A stretch of DNA of 20,000 nucleotides from an uncultured virus (IMG/VR IMGVR_UViG_3300042868_008818) (taxonomy: Duplodnaviria; Heunggongvirae; Uroviricota; Caudoviricetes). Below the pieces are notes generated by a model. That model was given only the letters and a program-made list of their open reading frames with translations. It did not search any database and was not told the DNA's origin. Made by a program: the position numbers and the translations under genes. Shown piece after piece: positions 1-7,939 of the stretch. Numbering within the stretch: position 1 is the first letter of the stretch; the number at the start of each line of letters is the position of its first letter. The stretch spans positions 56,220 to 76,219 of IMG/VR virus record IMGVR_UViG_3300042868_008818; one strand, 5' to 3'.

Positions 1-50
1 TACGGTTATTAGAGACAGGTCAAAATACCTTCCTAACAGGAAAAATATAA
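1..50 (+). CDS. Possible 3' end of an upstream gene (partial)
   Basis: Frame 3 reads RLLETGQNTFLTGKI to TAA at 48-50, immediately followed by a terminator hairpin. Confidence 0.4.
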   Translation, partial: RLLETGQNTFLTGKI

Positions 51-52
51 AG

Positions 53-77
53 AGGGGACTTTTGGTCCCCTTTTTTT
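53..77 (+). terminator. Rho-independent terminator
   Basis: Stem AGGGGAC / GTCCCCT with a TTTTG loop, running into a T7 tract (71-77). Confidence 0.85.
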
Positions 78-86
78 ATTTCATTA

Positions 87-94
87 TATTTATT
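87..94 (+). promoter_or_regulatory. TATTTAT(T/A) motif, putative late-promoter element
   Basis: TATTTATT lies 4 nt before the ATG at 99, just after a terminator. The same motif precedes starts at 5252, 9096, 17155 and 19744. Confidence 0.45.
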
Positions 95-98
95 AATA

Positions 99-605
99 AT
101 GAAAACATTAAATATTCTTAAAAATTTAATTTTAGAAAATAGGGGTAAATACCATAGGTTATTTACTTCTCCTGAAGGAGTTAAATTTATCGCAACAACT
201 CATCAAACAGAAGATAGAAAAAGTAATTTAAGTTATGACGAAATAAAAGACATAATTCTAACCGCAATTAACTCAAATAGTAATACACATACACGAGTTG
301 GGGTTCCTAACCTTATGATTTCAAAACTAATAAGAGACAAATATAGAAAAATACTTAATGAATTTTCCTTAAATTCGGAAGAGAAAAAAATAAAATTTGT
401 ACACAAAAGAAATAATAATGAAGATGAGGAAGTTTTTGACTACATTGAATTTATCCTTAGTCGTGATGAAGATAATACTTTTTTAGTGGTGTCAAGTACT
501 TTTTCCGATAATGGTAATTATTTAAAACTTTACGGTAGAGATGCTGTCCAAGCAAGAAAAGTTATAATAGAAAAGTATTTTCATTTAAGAACCGTGTTAT
601 TATAA
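99..605 (+). CDS. Hypothetical phage protein (168 aa)
   Basis: Clean ORF after a terminator; N-terminus MKTLNILKNLILE; no recognisable domain. Confidence 0.8.
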   Translation: MKTLNILKNLILENRGKYHRLFTSPEGVKFIATTHQTEDRKSNLSYDEIKDIILTAINSNSNTHTRVGVPNLMISKLIRDKYRKILNEFSLNSEEKKIKFVHKRNNNEDEEVFDYIEFILSRDEDNTFLVVSSTFSDNGNYLKLYGRDAVQARKVIIEKYFHLRTVLL

Positions 606-612
606 TTAATTT

Positions 613-771
613 ATGGAAAAGAAAGAAGCAACTAAAGTCACAGGATGTCGTAAATGTAATAAAGGACAAGAAAATTTACAAATGTTTTTAGTAATCTCAG
701 GTGGATTATTATTTTCTTTGGCGATTTACGGAGCCGTTAGATTGGTTCAAGACATCATATCTTGGTTTTAA
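613..771 (+). CDS. Small membrane protein with CxxC motif (52 aa; not in ORF track)
   Basis: Manual translation: MEKKEATKVTGCRKCNKGQENLQMFLVISGGLLFSLAIYGAVRLVQDIISWF*. It starts 7 nt after the previous stop, fills the gap, and its stop overlaps the dnaJ stop (TTAA 768-771). Confidence 0.75.
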   Translation: MEKKEATKVTGCRKCNKGQENLQMFLVISGGLLFSLAIYGAVRLVQDIISWF

Positions 772-1691
772 TCCCTATCATATTTCAAATATGGTCTTAT
801 TAACAGATCTCCTATAACAGTCTGCAATCTAAATCCTTTACTCTTAATTCTCAATGGTTTAGATGTATCCATATGTTTTGGGAAATTGACCGATATGTCC
901 CCATCAGGGTGTGGAACTATAAAATTATCCTTGTTAATCTCTTCTAAATTAAAAAACTTATTATAAATTAAATGTTCCCCAAATTTTTCAAATCCACTCT
1001 CATTTGTTAAACTAATTTTTAATAATAAATCCCCGTATATTCCATTACCATAATCGCCCATATCATTTAGTCTCAACATTTGTCCATCATCAATACCATG
1101 TGGTACTTTAACTTCAACTGACTTTACCTCATCTTTTGTACCAGATCCATGACAAGCATAACAAGCATTCGTTATAATTGTTCCAAATCCTCGACAAGAG
1201 TCACATGGAGATTGTACCATTTGTACGAACATTCCACTCCCCATTTGTTTCCAAGTAATCCCTTCTCCTTTACATGTTTCACAAACTTTTTTATCACCAC
1301 CAGTACCATTACAAGGATCACACTTTTCTTTTCTTTTATAATTTAACGAAACTTTTTCATTAGTGAAACTTTTTAAAACATCCACACTTAAGTTGATTAC
1401 TCTTGATGGTTTTCTTTGTTGTCTAAATTGATTATTAAACATCTCATACATATCCGAAAATTGATTGAACTTTGAATTACCAAATGGGTTCTTTCTTTGG
1501 ATGTCGTACTCTCTACGTTTATTGTCATCTCCAATCACATCATAAGCACCAGATATTTTCTTAAACAATTCTTCATCCCCGCCTTTATCTGGGTGGTTTT
1601 CCTTTGCTAAACTTCTATAGGCCTTCTTAATTTCGTCTTGTGTTGCCGTCTCCTCAACGCCTAATATGTTATAATAATTTTCAGAGTTCAT
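768..1691 (-). CDS. dnaJ: DnaJ/Hsp40 co-chaperone (J domain, zinc finger, C-terminal domain)
   Basis: J domain YYNILGV...EIKKAYRSLAKENHPDKGGD with the HPD motif. Four CxxCxGxG repeats (CDPCNGTG, CETCKGEG, CDSCRGFG, CYACHGSG). C-terminal VKVPHGIDDGQMLRL...GDL. Confidence 0.95.
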   Translation of the reverse strand: MNSENYYNILGVEETATQDEIKKAYRSLAKENHPDKGGDEELFKKISGAYDVIGDDNKRREYDIQRKNPFGNSKFNQFSDMYEMFNNQFRQQRKPSRVINLSVDVLKSFTNEKVSLNYKRKEKCDPCNGTGGDKKVCETCKGEGITWKQMGSGMFVQMVQSPCDSCRGFGTIITNACYACHGSGTKDEVKSVEVKVPHGIDDGQMLRLNDMGDYGNGIYGDLLLKISLTNESGFEKFGEHLIYNKFFNLEEINKDNFIVPHPDGDISVNFPKHMDTSKPLRIKSKGFRLQTVIGDLLIRPYLKYDRD

Positions 1692-1735
1692 TTATTAATT
1701 TTTTGTTGTATTATTTGTAATATAGGATAAAAAAT

Positions 1736-2374
1736 ATGAAATATCTAATAGTCTTATTTAAAAATAAGAAAAGAAAAAAGATTTTAAATAAATTTAAAAC
1801 ATTAGAGAGGGCAAACAAATATTTTAACGATACCCTTAAAACAAGTAACAATGTTTTATTTTCAAAATCATTCGAGAATGGTAAACCTTGTAAGTATGAG
1901 ATTGGGTTTTTAGAATCCGGTTCAACAGACTTTAATTTATATTTCGTTAAAGACGAACTAGGAAGACAAATAAAAGTGGATATTGACGATCCTGATTACC
2001 GTCTTACTAAGATTGTTGATTATAACATTGAAGAGTTACTATATGATGTTGATGAAAAGAATAAAATATCTTTCGGTGGTTTTATTAAAAAGTATCTAAC
2101 AAGGTCAGGAATAAAATTAATATCTAAACTTAATAATAAAGTCGCAATACAAAATGATGATAAGGTAAATTTGGTTTCTTTAAAATCTATTGATGAATGT
2201 TCAAGATTTATAGATGTTCTTGAGGATTATTTAATAAAAAATGGTAGGTTGGATTGTATCTTGGTTAAGGATACCTCTAAACAACAAAAAAAATACCTTT
2301 ATACTATTTTAGAGTCTAAAGGTATTGATAAATCATTTCTTTATAGAAGGTTTACTACGTTTACTAGGGAATAG
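1736..2374 (+). CDS. Hypothetical phage protein (212 aa, Lys-rich)
   Basis: Long ORF divergent from dnaJ with an A-rich start context; no recognisable domain. Confidence 0.8.
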   Translation: MKYLIVLFKNKKRKKILNKFKTLERANKYFNDTLKTSNNVLFSKSFENGKPCKYEIGFLESGSTDFNLYFVKDELGRQIKVDIDDPDYRLTKIVDYNIEELLYDVDEKNKISFGGFIKKYLTRSGIKLISKLNNKVAIQNDDKVNLVSLKSIDECSRFIDVLEDYLIKNGRLDCILVKDTSKQQKKYLYTILESKGIDKSFLYRRFTTFTRE

Positions 2375-2662
2375 TCTTTCCCAAAAACTTATTTTTTTCT
2401 TTTCAATAACTTCTTCTTCAAGAACTTCTTCCTCGTAAATTTTATTATTGATAAAAACAATTTCTGTCCCTGAAATTTCAACTTTAAATCTTAATCTATT
2501 ACTATCAACTTTTCTAAAATTTTTTTGTACTTCTTTAAAATCTTCATTGTCTAATTCATACACCAAAATTGTTTTTCCTGAAGGAAAAATATTATTAGCG
2601 GCATCAGTAACAATAACTAATTTTTCTAAGATATCATTAATATTTTTTTCAGTTTCTCCCAT
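2333..2662 (-). CDS. Hypothetical protein (109 aa)
   Basis: Part of an overlapping minus-strand gene run; C-terminal KKKISFWERLF amphipathic motif. Confidence 0.75.
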   Translation of the reverse strand: MGETEKNINDILEKLVIVTDAANNIFPSGKTILVYELDNEDFKEVQKNFRKVDSNRLRFKVEISGTEIVFINNKIYEEEVLEEEVIEKKKISFWERLFPSKRSKPSIKK

Positions 2663-2826
2663 AAAGTAAGTTTCTTAGGTTTTTTTGGTAATATATCCTC
2701 TTTTTTTAATTCTTTGATCTTATTGATAAAGTTATTTTTTTCAAAATTTAAATCTTTAGAGTCTCTTTCTATTTCATTTTTTAACCAATCAATCTCAGCC
2801 TCCAATTTGCTTTTCTTCTTCATCAT
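2626..2826 (-). CDS. Hypothetical protein (66 aa)
   Basis: Overlaps both neighbours in the run; coiled-coil-like; C-terminal KKLTLWEKLKKIL. Confidence 0.7.
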   Translation of the reverse strand: MMKKKSKLEAEIDWLKNEIERDSKDLNFEKNNFINKIKELKKEDILPKKPKKLTLWEKLKKILMIS

Positions 2827-3211
2827 CTTCTAACTCAATTTTAGGTGATTTTATTTCAAATTTCAATCCTTGTAGATCATTTAATTTTTGTTTTTCAAAA
2901 ATATGTTTTAGTTCGTCTATCTTTTGTTGGAATAGTTTGTCTTTGTCTTCTCTTTCCTTATTGTAAGCAATTATATTTTTTATATTAGTGATCTGATTAT
3001 CAATTAATTGTTCATTAAATTCACTAACAAAAGAAAACAACCTTACGTTAGGGTTTTGGGTTTTACTTTCTAGTACGCTTTTTTCATCGACAAATTTTTT
3101 AGGTAATTTCCAAGTGTCTGGAAATTCTATGTCAAATGATAGATAATTTTTTAATTTTCTTACCGATTGTAAGTACGGAAATAAGATATTAAATTCTTGG
3201 AACATGCTCAT
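2795..3211 (-). CDS. Hypothetical protein (138 aa, C-terminal coiled coil)
   Basis: ATGA overlap with the upstream ORF at 3208-3211 suggests translational coupling. Confidence 0.8.
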   Translation of the reverse strand: MSMFQEFNILFPYLQSVRKLKNYLSFDIEFPDTWKLPKKFVDEKSVLESKTQNPNVRLFSFVSEFNEQLIDNQITNIKNIIAYNKEREDKDKLFQQKIDELKHIFEKQKLNDLQGLKFEIKSPKIELEDDEEEKQIGG

Positions 3212-3402
3212 TCGTTTGTTTGTATTAAAAATGTTATTATATAAGTTAAAGATAAACCATACAAAAATATTTCCCTACCACTTAAATCAATTGGTTTAGG
3301 ATTACTATGTAGTAGGGAAATAACAAATTTTAGAAAAATTCTAAATATTGATAATATTGAAAATATAAATACAAAAAGATATAATGTATTAATGTTTGTC
3401 AT
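3208..3402 (-). CDS. Small two-TM membrane protein (64 aa)
   Basis: Two hydrophobic segments (LYLFVFIFSILSIF and IFLYGLSLTYIITFLI); coupled to both neighbours. Confidence 0.75.
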   Translation of the reverse strand: MTNINTLYLFVFIFSILSIFRIFLKFVISLLHSNPKPIDLSGREIFLYGLSLTYIITFLIQTNE

Positions 3403-3403
3403 A

Positions 3404-3574
3404 TTATACTTTTTTACTTTCTAAAATTTCACCTCTTAGTTGTTGCATTAAAGCCTTTAACTCCTGAGCCGATTTTCTTGCTCTTGTTCCCGCACTTTTA
3501 TTACCCTCAAAAAATTTTGTGGTATCTACGCTAAGTTGTTCTGTTAAAACTTTGATTTTTTCAAGTGTTTCCAT
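3404..3574 (-). CDS. Histone H1-like (Hc1-family) nucleoid protein (56 aa; not in ORF track)
   Basis: Manual translation: METLEKIKVLTEQLSVDTTKFFEGNKSAGTRARKSAQELKALMQQLRGEILESKKV*. GNKSAGTRARK matches the GNKAAGTRARK signature of Hc1-like proteins of Bacteroidota and Chlamydia. Confidence 0.85.
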   Translation of the reverse strand: METLEKIKVLTEQLSVDTTKFFEGNKSAGTRARKSAQELKALMQQLRGEILESKKV

Positions 3575-3634
3575 TTTTTATTATTATATGTTTATTTAAT
3601 ATTAAAAATATCAATTTTAAGATCTTAGTAAATA

Positions 3635-4108
3635 TTAAACAGTTAAATTGTTATCTAATGATTTGTATATATTTAACATTATGTCAAGATCTGATTGTGT
3701 GAAAGTTTTTTCTATGCTGAATATGTCATCAAAAAACTCCCCTATTGATTCTTTAATTTTTTTATCGTTTTGATTATAAAAGATCTCTATAAAAAATAAT
3801 ACGAAGTATTCGTAGTGTTTTCCCTCGTTGGTAAAAAATATACCTTCTTTACCAAAATTATCTATTGTTTTATTCCAACACCATTTAAAATGATTGACTA
3901 TATCTTCTTCCGACATTTTTATTTTGGTTTCAGAATTATCTTCCTCCCCTAAAAATGTTTTTTTAATTAAATCATATAATGAATATGAAAAATCATAATA
4001 CAATTCTAATTTTTCCGGTAAAATATTGTTAATTTTAAACCAAGTATCAATATCTTCTTTATTGATAGGTTTAGAGATATAGTTAAAAAAATTATCCATA
4101 GAGTTCAT
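3635..4108 (-). CDS. Hypothetical phage protein (157 aa)
   Basis: Clean ORF, rich in aromatic and acidic residues; no recognisable domain. Confidence 0.8.
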   Translation of the reverse strand: MNSMDNFFNYISKPINKEDIDTWFKINNILPEKLELYYDFSYSLYDLIKKTFLGEEDNSETKIKMSEEDIVNHFKWCWNKTIDNFGKEGIFFTNEGKHYEYFVLFFIEIFYNQNDKKIKESIGEFFDDIFSIEKTFTQSDLDIMLNIYKSLDNNLTV

Positions 4109-4117
4109 CTATGGATA

Positions 4118-4145
4118 ATTATAGGTTATTATATTTTTATGTAAA
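4118..4145 (-). promoter_or_regulatory. Sigma70-like promoter
   Basis: Minus strand TTTACA (4145-4140), N16, TATAAT (4123-4118), ending 9 nt before the ATG at 4108. Confidence 0.5.
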
Positions 4146-5252
4146 TTATTGTGTTTTTCTACCGTATGAAATTAAATTTCCGATTCTTTCTAAATCCTCG
4201 TTAATTTTTTTAGACTTTTTACTACTTCTTTTACTTCTTTTTTCCCCACTTTCAACTTTATTTAAAAGATCAGAAGCATCATCACTTCCTGGTCTATCTT
4301 TAACAATAGGTTGTGGAGATTTATTATAAGCCTTTTTCTTAATTTGACCTAACAAATTCTTTTCTCTAATTTCATTTCTTCTTTTGTTTGTTGGTGTTTC
4401 TACCGCATTTGCCCATTTAGGGTTGTTTCCTGTTCTTGACGATCCAAGAACATTATCTTCAACCCACTCTTTATTAGGTGCGAATTCATCGTATTCAATA
4501 TTTTCTAATGCTGCGGCAGTAAAGTTTTCAACGTATTCTGCAACACTATCTGAAGGAACATAAGCCATCTTATCCATTTCTTCTATCTCCCCATTACCCA
4601 TTGGGAAATGTTTAGGTTCCATAGTAAATGACTCTTTAGATCCATCTTTCATATAATCTTTCATTTTTTTAGAGACTTCTTTGTAGTAATCTTGATTTTC
4701 TTTTCCTGATTTATCAAAAGATCTTTCATATTCAGAATAACCTCTTGTTTTTTTAGATGGTTTTAATTTCTCTTCAGCTAAAGTCTCAATTAAATTAACA
4801 ACTTGTTCTTCACTTAATCTTACAGTTCTACCTAATTTATCGTTGAATATTTCGTACTCATACATTTTTGTTCTAAATGTTTTTTCTCCCTTATTCCAAA
4901 AATCAGATGTTTTTTCCATATTGTCATACATGTCTTCTTCAATTTCTAAAAGACTAGATTCGTTCATTCCACACTCAGAACATTCTCCCTCCATTTTTAA
5001 TCCACCACACTCACAGATGTCACTTTCATTAACTTCAAATTCGTAGATTGTCTCATCCTCCTCTAAAGAAGATCTATCCATATATTCTTTATTTCCTAAT
5101 TTAAATTTTTCACCTTTTTTTGTTTTTCTAAGAGCATCAGTAAAAGCGTTTCCTTCTTCCATCTCTTCCTCAACATAATCAAAAGAATTCCCTGCTTTAT
5201 TGAATTTCATTGTATCGTATTTTTTGGACATTTCTCCTCTATAGTTTTTCAT
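4146..5252 (-). CDS. Acidic hypothetical protein, possibly virion/head-associated (368 aa from ATG 5252)
   Basis: The ORF track starts at 5285, but ATG 5252 has an A-rich context and a TATTTATA motif at 5265-5272. Glu-rich, with a CECGG..CSECG Cys cluster. Confidence 0.75.
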   Translation of the reverse strand: MKNYRGEMSKKYDTMKFNKAGNSFDYVEEEMEEGNAFTDALRKTKKGEKFKLGNKEYMDRSSLEEDETIYEFEVNESDICECGGLKMEGECSECGMNESSLLEIEEDMYDNMEKTSDFWNKGEKTFRTKMYEYEIFNDKLGRTVRLSEEQVVNLIETLAEEKLKPSKKTRGYSEYERSFDKSGKENQDYYKEVSKKMKDYMKDGSKESFTMEPKHFPMGNGEIEEMDKMAYVPSDSVAEYVENFTAAALENIEYDEFAPNKEWVEDNVLGSSRTGNNPKWANAVETPTNKRRNEIREKNLLGQIKKKAYNKSPQPIVKDRPGSDDASDLLNKVESGEKRSKRSSKKSKKINEDLERIGNLISYGRKTQ

Positions 5253-5277
5253 TTCTTTTTTTATTATAAATATATGA

Positions 5278-6003
5278 TTATCCAAGTTTATTCATTTCAC
5301 TTAAGATAATATCTTTAATAATATCCTCATGAATTTTATATTTACCACTTATCTTTTTTATTACATTTTCTACCGATTGATTCTCAAAAATGTTAAGAGC
5401 TTTAATATCGCCTTGGTTACAATATGGAAAACGTTTACATTTTTTTTTAACCTGAACGAATTTTCCTCCAGGTAATTGTGTTTTGGATTTACCTCTCCAA
5501 TCTTTCTTACTCATAGATTTGGCCCAAGCTCCTGTTGTTTCATATGATCCTGAAGATGAAGATGAAGTCGCTTCCGTGGCCTCAATTTTTTTAGGTTCTT
5601 CACCTGAAAATAAAGGTTCAAAGGATCCTGATCCTCCTGTTGCGGTTGCCTCTTTGGTTTCCGTATTATTTTTTTTAGTAGTAACTACCATTTCTAAAAA
5701 ATCCTTTAATTCTTCAGGATCTTTTAAATATTTTTTCATCTCCTGTTTTATCTTGTTTTTTGATAACTTTTTGTTTCTAATAAGTTTGTACATTTCAATT
5801 ATATCCTTCTTATCTTTTAAAAAATCCATATAATGATTTTTTGTATTTTCTCCGTTATCTTCTTCTGTTTGTATTGTTGATAATAAATCGTTTTTTGATT
5901 GGATGGCAGAGGTAGGGTCTAATTGACCTCCACCCTCATAACCTCTAGCATTTGCAATTACTTCGGAAAAACTTTTTTGTATTGCCCCTTTCCAATCTTC
6001 CAT
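5278..6003 (-). CDS. Hypothetical protein, possibly virion-associated (241 aa)
   Basis: Internal repeat EATATGGSGSFE / EATSSSSSGSYE; C-terminal KCKRFPYCNQG. Confidence 0.8.
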   Translation of the reverse strand: MEDWKGAIQKSFSEVIANARGYEGGGQLDPTSAIQSKNDLLSTIQTEEDNGENTKNHYMDFLKDKKDIIEMYKLIRNKKLSKNKIKQEMKKYLKDPEELKDFLEMVVTTKKNNTETKEATATGGSGSFEPLFSGEEPKKIEATEATSSSSSGSYETTGAWAKSMSKKDWRGKSKTQLPGGKFVQVKKKCKRFPYCNQGDIKALNIFENQSVENVIKKISGKYKIHEDIIKDIILSEMNKLG

Positions 6004-6005
6004 TT

Positions 6006-6422
6006 TTATTTAAAAATTAAAATATATGTTAATGCTCCAACTATTGATCCTGAAACTATTTCAATAATTGTGTTTTTTGTTTTTATTTTTTTAATATCTT
6101 TTCTTAACTCTTTGTTTTCAGTATCTAATAGTGTTACCTTTTCTTCGGTATCTTTTATTATTATTTCACTATTTTTATCTTTTTGTTCCAAAAATTTAAC
6201 AACACCCTCTTCTTTAATTACTTTGGTTTCTAATTCTTTTATTTCTTTTTGATCTAAAATAGATTGTTTTTTTAATTTATCTAAGTCATTAAGATCTAAT
6301 AGTATTTGTTTCCCCACATTAACAGGAAAACATATTGTAGTGGTATCTTCTTTTTGTGGTTTAGTTTGACTAAAACCTATAAAAGACACCATAAAAAATG
6401 TTAATAAAATAATTTTTTTCAT
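6006..6422 (-). CDS. Exported coiled-coil protein with C-terminal TM anchor (spanin-like candidate)
   Basis: Signal peptide MKKIILLTFFMVSFIGFS|Q, a coiled coil, and a C-terminal hydrophobic segment IIEIVSGSIVGALTYILIF. Lies downstream of the amidase-like gene. Confidence 0.6.
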   Translation of the reverse strand: MKKIILLTFFMVSFIGFSQTKPQKEDTTTICFPVNVGKQILLDLNDLDKLKKQSILDQKEIKELETKVIKEEGVVKFLEQKDKNSEIIIKDTEEKVTLLDTENKELRKDIKKIKTKNTIIEIVSGSIVGALTYILIFK

Positions 6423-6424
6423 AA

Positions 6425-6778
6425 TTAATATTTGTATCTTTGTTTGAACGAACTGTCAATTTCTTTTTTGTCCATTCCTTTTATTTGATCTTTCTTTTGT
6501 TCGTAATAATTATTTACGGTTGTTTTTTCACTTTTTATTTTTAATATATTTTCATCAATCTTTTCAATATCTTTTTTATATGATGTGATAGAATCATTTA
6601 ATTGTAGTTGTAAGTTTTTAACTTTACTAATGTTTTGATCTAATTGATCTAACTTATAATTTAATAATTCAGACCTATCTTCAATTGGTTTAAATATCTT
6701 AATTAGAATTATTGTTAATAATAATGTTAATACTACTAATAAGATTTCTTTATAATATTTAACTAAAAAATTTTTCAT
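6425..6778 (-). CDS. N-terminal TM coiled-coil protein (i-spanin-like candidate)
   Basis: ILLVVLTLLLTIILIKIF TM segment followed by a long coiled coil; near the amidase-like gene. Confidence 0.6.
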   Translation of the reverse strand: MKNFLVKYYKEILLVVLTLLLTIILIKIFKPIEDRSELLNYKLDQLDQNISKVKNLQLQLNDSITSYKKDIEKIDENILKIKSEKTTVNNYYEQKKDQIKGMDKKEIDSSFKQRYKY

Positions 6779-7350
6779 TTTTCTTTTGGTGTTTTTTTTC
6801 TGTTAGCGATAACTTTTGACCATTTTGCCTTAAACTTTTCGTAATAAGTTCTTAACTTAGTGGTAAATTCAACAAATTCATCATTAATGTTTATCATATC
6901 TCCGTTTATGTAAACCCCATTTGTTTCACCAATAGAGAAGAAAAATTCAATATCTAAGTCTTGTATTTTACCTGACCATTCTACGTTATTTGGGTATAAA
7001 TTAAGAGTATTAAAATCAACTAATTCAGATACTTCACCAACAAACTCGTCCATTGATTCCTGAAATGCGTTTTTATCGTCTGTTGTTAATTGTAATTCTT
7101 TTTTATCTTTACCATTTATTGTCATAAGTCCTCCTGAAATCCTATAGGTTGTTTTCTTTTCAAACTTTCTATCTTCAGGAGTTTCTTCATTATCTTCGTC
7201 GTTGGGTTCTGCGGTTTCATATTCATCATCAGATTCCTTAATTATACCGTAATACTTATTAAGTATGTCTGTTGATTCCTTCACCATATCTTTGTTAAGA
7301 AGATTTCTTGATGCTGACAATAATTTTTTTATTTCTTCCTGTCTATTCAT
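6775..7350 (-). CDS. Hypothetical phage protein (191 aa)
   Basis: Overlap-coupled to both neighbours; acidic linker; no recognisable domain. Confidence 0.8.
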   Translation of the reverse strand: MNRQEEIKKLLSASRNLLNKDMVKESTDILNKYYGIIKESDDEYETAEPNDEDNEETPEDRKFEKKTTYRISGGLMTINGKDKKELQLTTDDKNAFQESMDEFVGEVSELVDFNTLNLYPNNVEWSGKIQDLDIEFFFSIGETNGVYINGDMININDEFVEFTTKLRTYYEKFKAKWSKVIANRKKTPKEK

Positions 7351-7939
7351 TTTCTAATAATTTACTAAATAATTCAAAATTAAAGGCCGGACTTAAGTCT
7401 GTAATCTCACTTAAATAATTACTTTTTGTGACAATACCTTCAAAATTTTCAATACCATTTATTTTTGTGTTGTTTCCCAAAATTTTGACCTCAATATTGT
7501 TATCACCACATAATTTTAAACATAAGTCTGAAGTAGATTTCATCTGATCTTCAGTATATGGTTGCCAATAATAATAATCTCTCCATCTTCTTTGGAAAAC
7601 TTCACTATTATAAATATTGCCAATCCAGTTAATGTAACCAGTTTTTAATGGTTGTTTTTCTAACCAACCTAAATTTTCTAAACAAACAAAAATTGCGTTT
7701 TTATTTAAATCATTTTTATTAAAAAATTTTGAGTATTCTTGATCCTCCAATAACTTAACTATTTTACCTTCCCGATCAATAAAATAGTTAGGTATTTTAT
7801 TGTATGACTCGTTGTGCCTGTATTTTAGGGATGTAATATATTCTTCAGAATATCTGGAGGAATGTATTAATATGATTTGTTTTTTTAAATCTGATACATT
7901 TTTAGATTTAAAGTTTCCATATTTTATTATGTCCACCAT
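7343..7939 (-). CDS. N-acetylmuramoyl-L-alanine amidase (Amidase_2)-like protein
   Basis: IILIHS, PNYFIDREGKI, NKNAIFVCLEN, PYTEDQMKS and TDLSPAFNF match the AmpD/T7-lysozyme motif order. The second Zn-ligand His appears to be missing. Confidence 0.8.
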   Translation of the reverse strand: MVDIIKYGNFKSKNVSDLKKQIILIHSSRYSEEYITSLKYRHNESYNKIPNYFIDREGKIVKLLEDQEYSKFFNKNDLNKNAIFVCLENLGWLEKQPLKTGYINWIGNIYNSEVFQRRWRDYYYWQPYTEDQMKSTSDLCLKLCGDNNIEVKILGNNTKINGIENFEGIVTKSNYLSEITDLSPAFNFELFSKLLENE

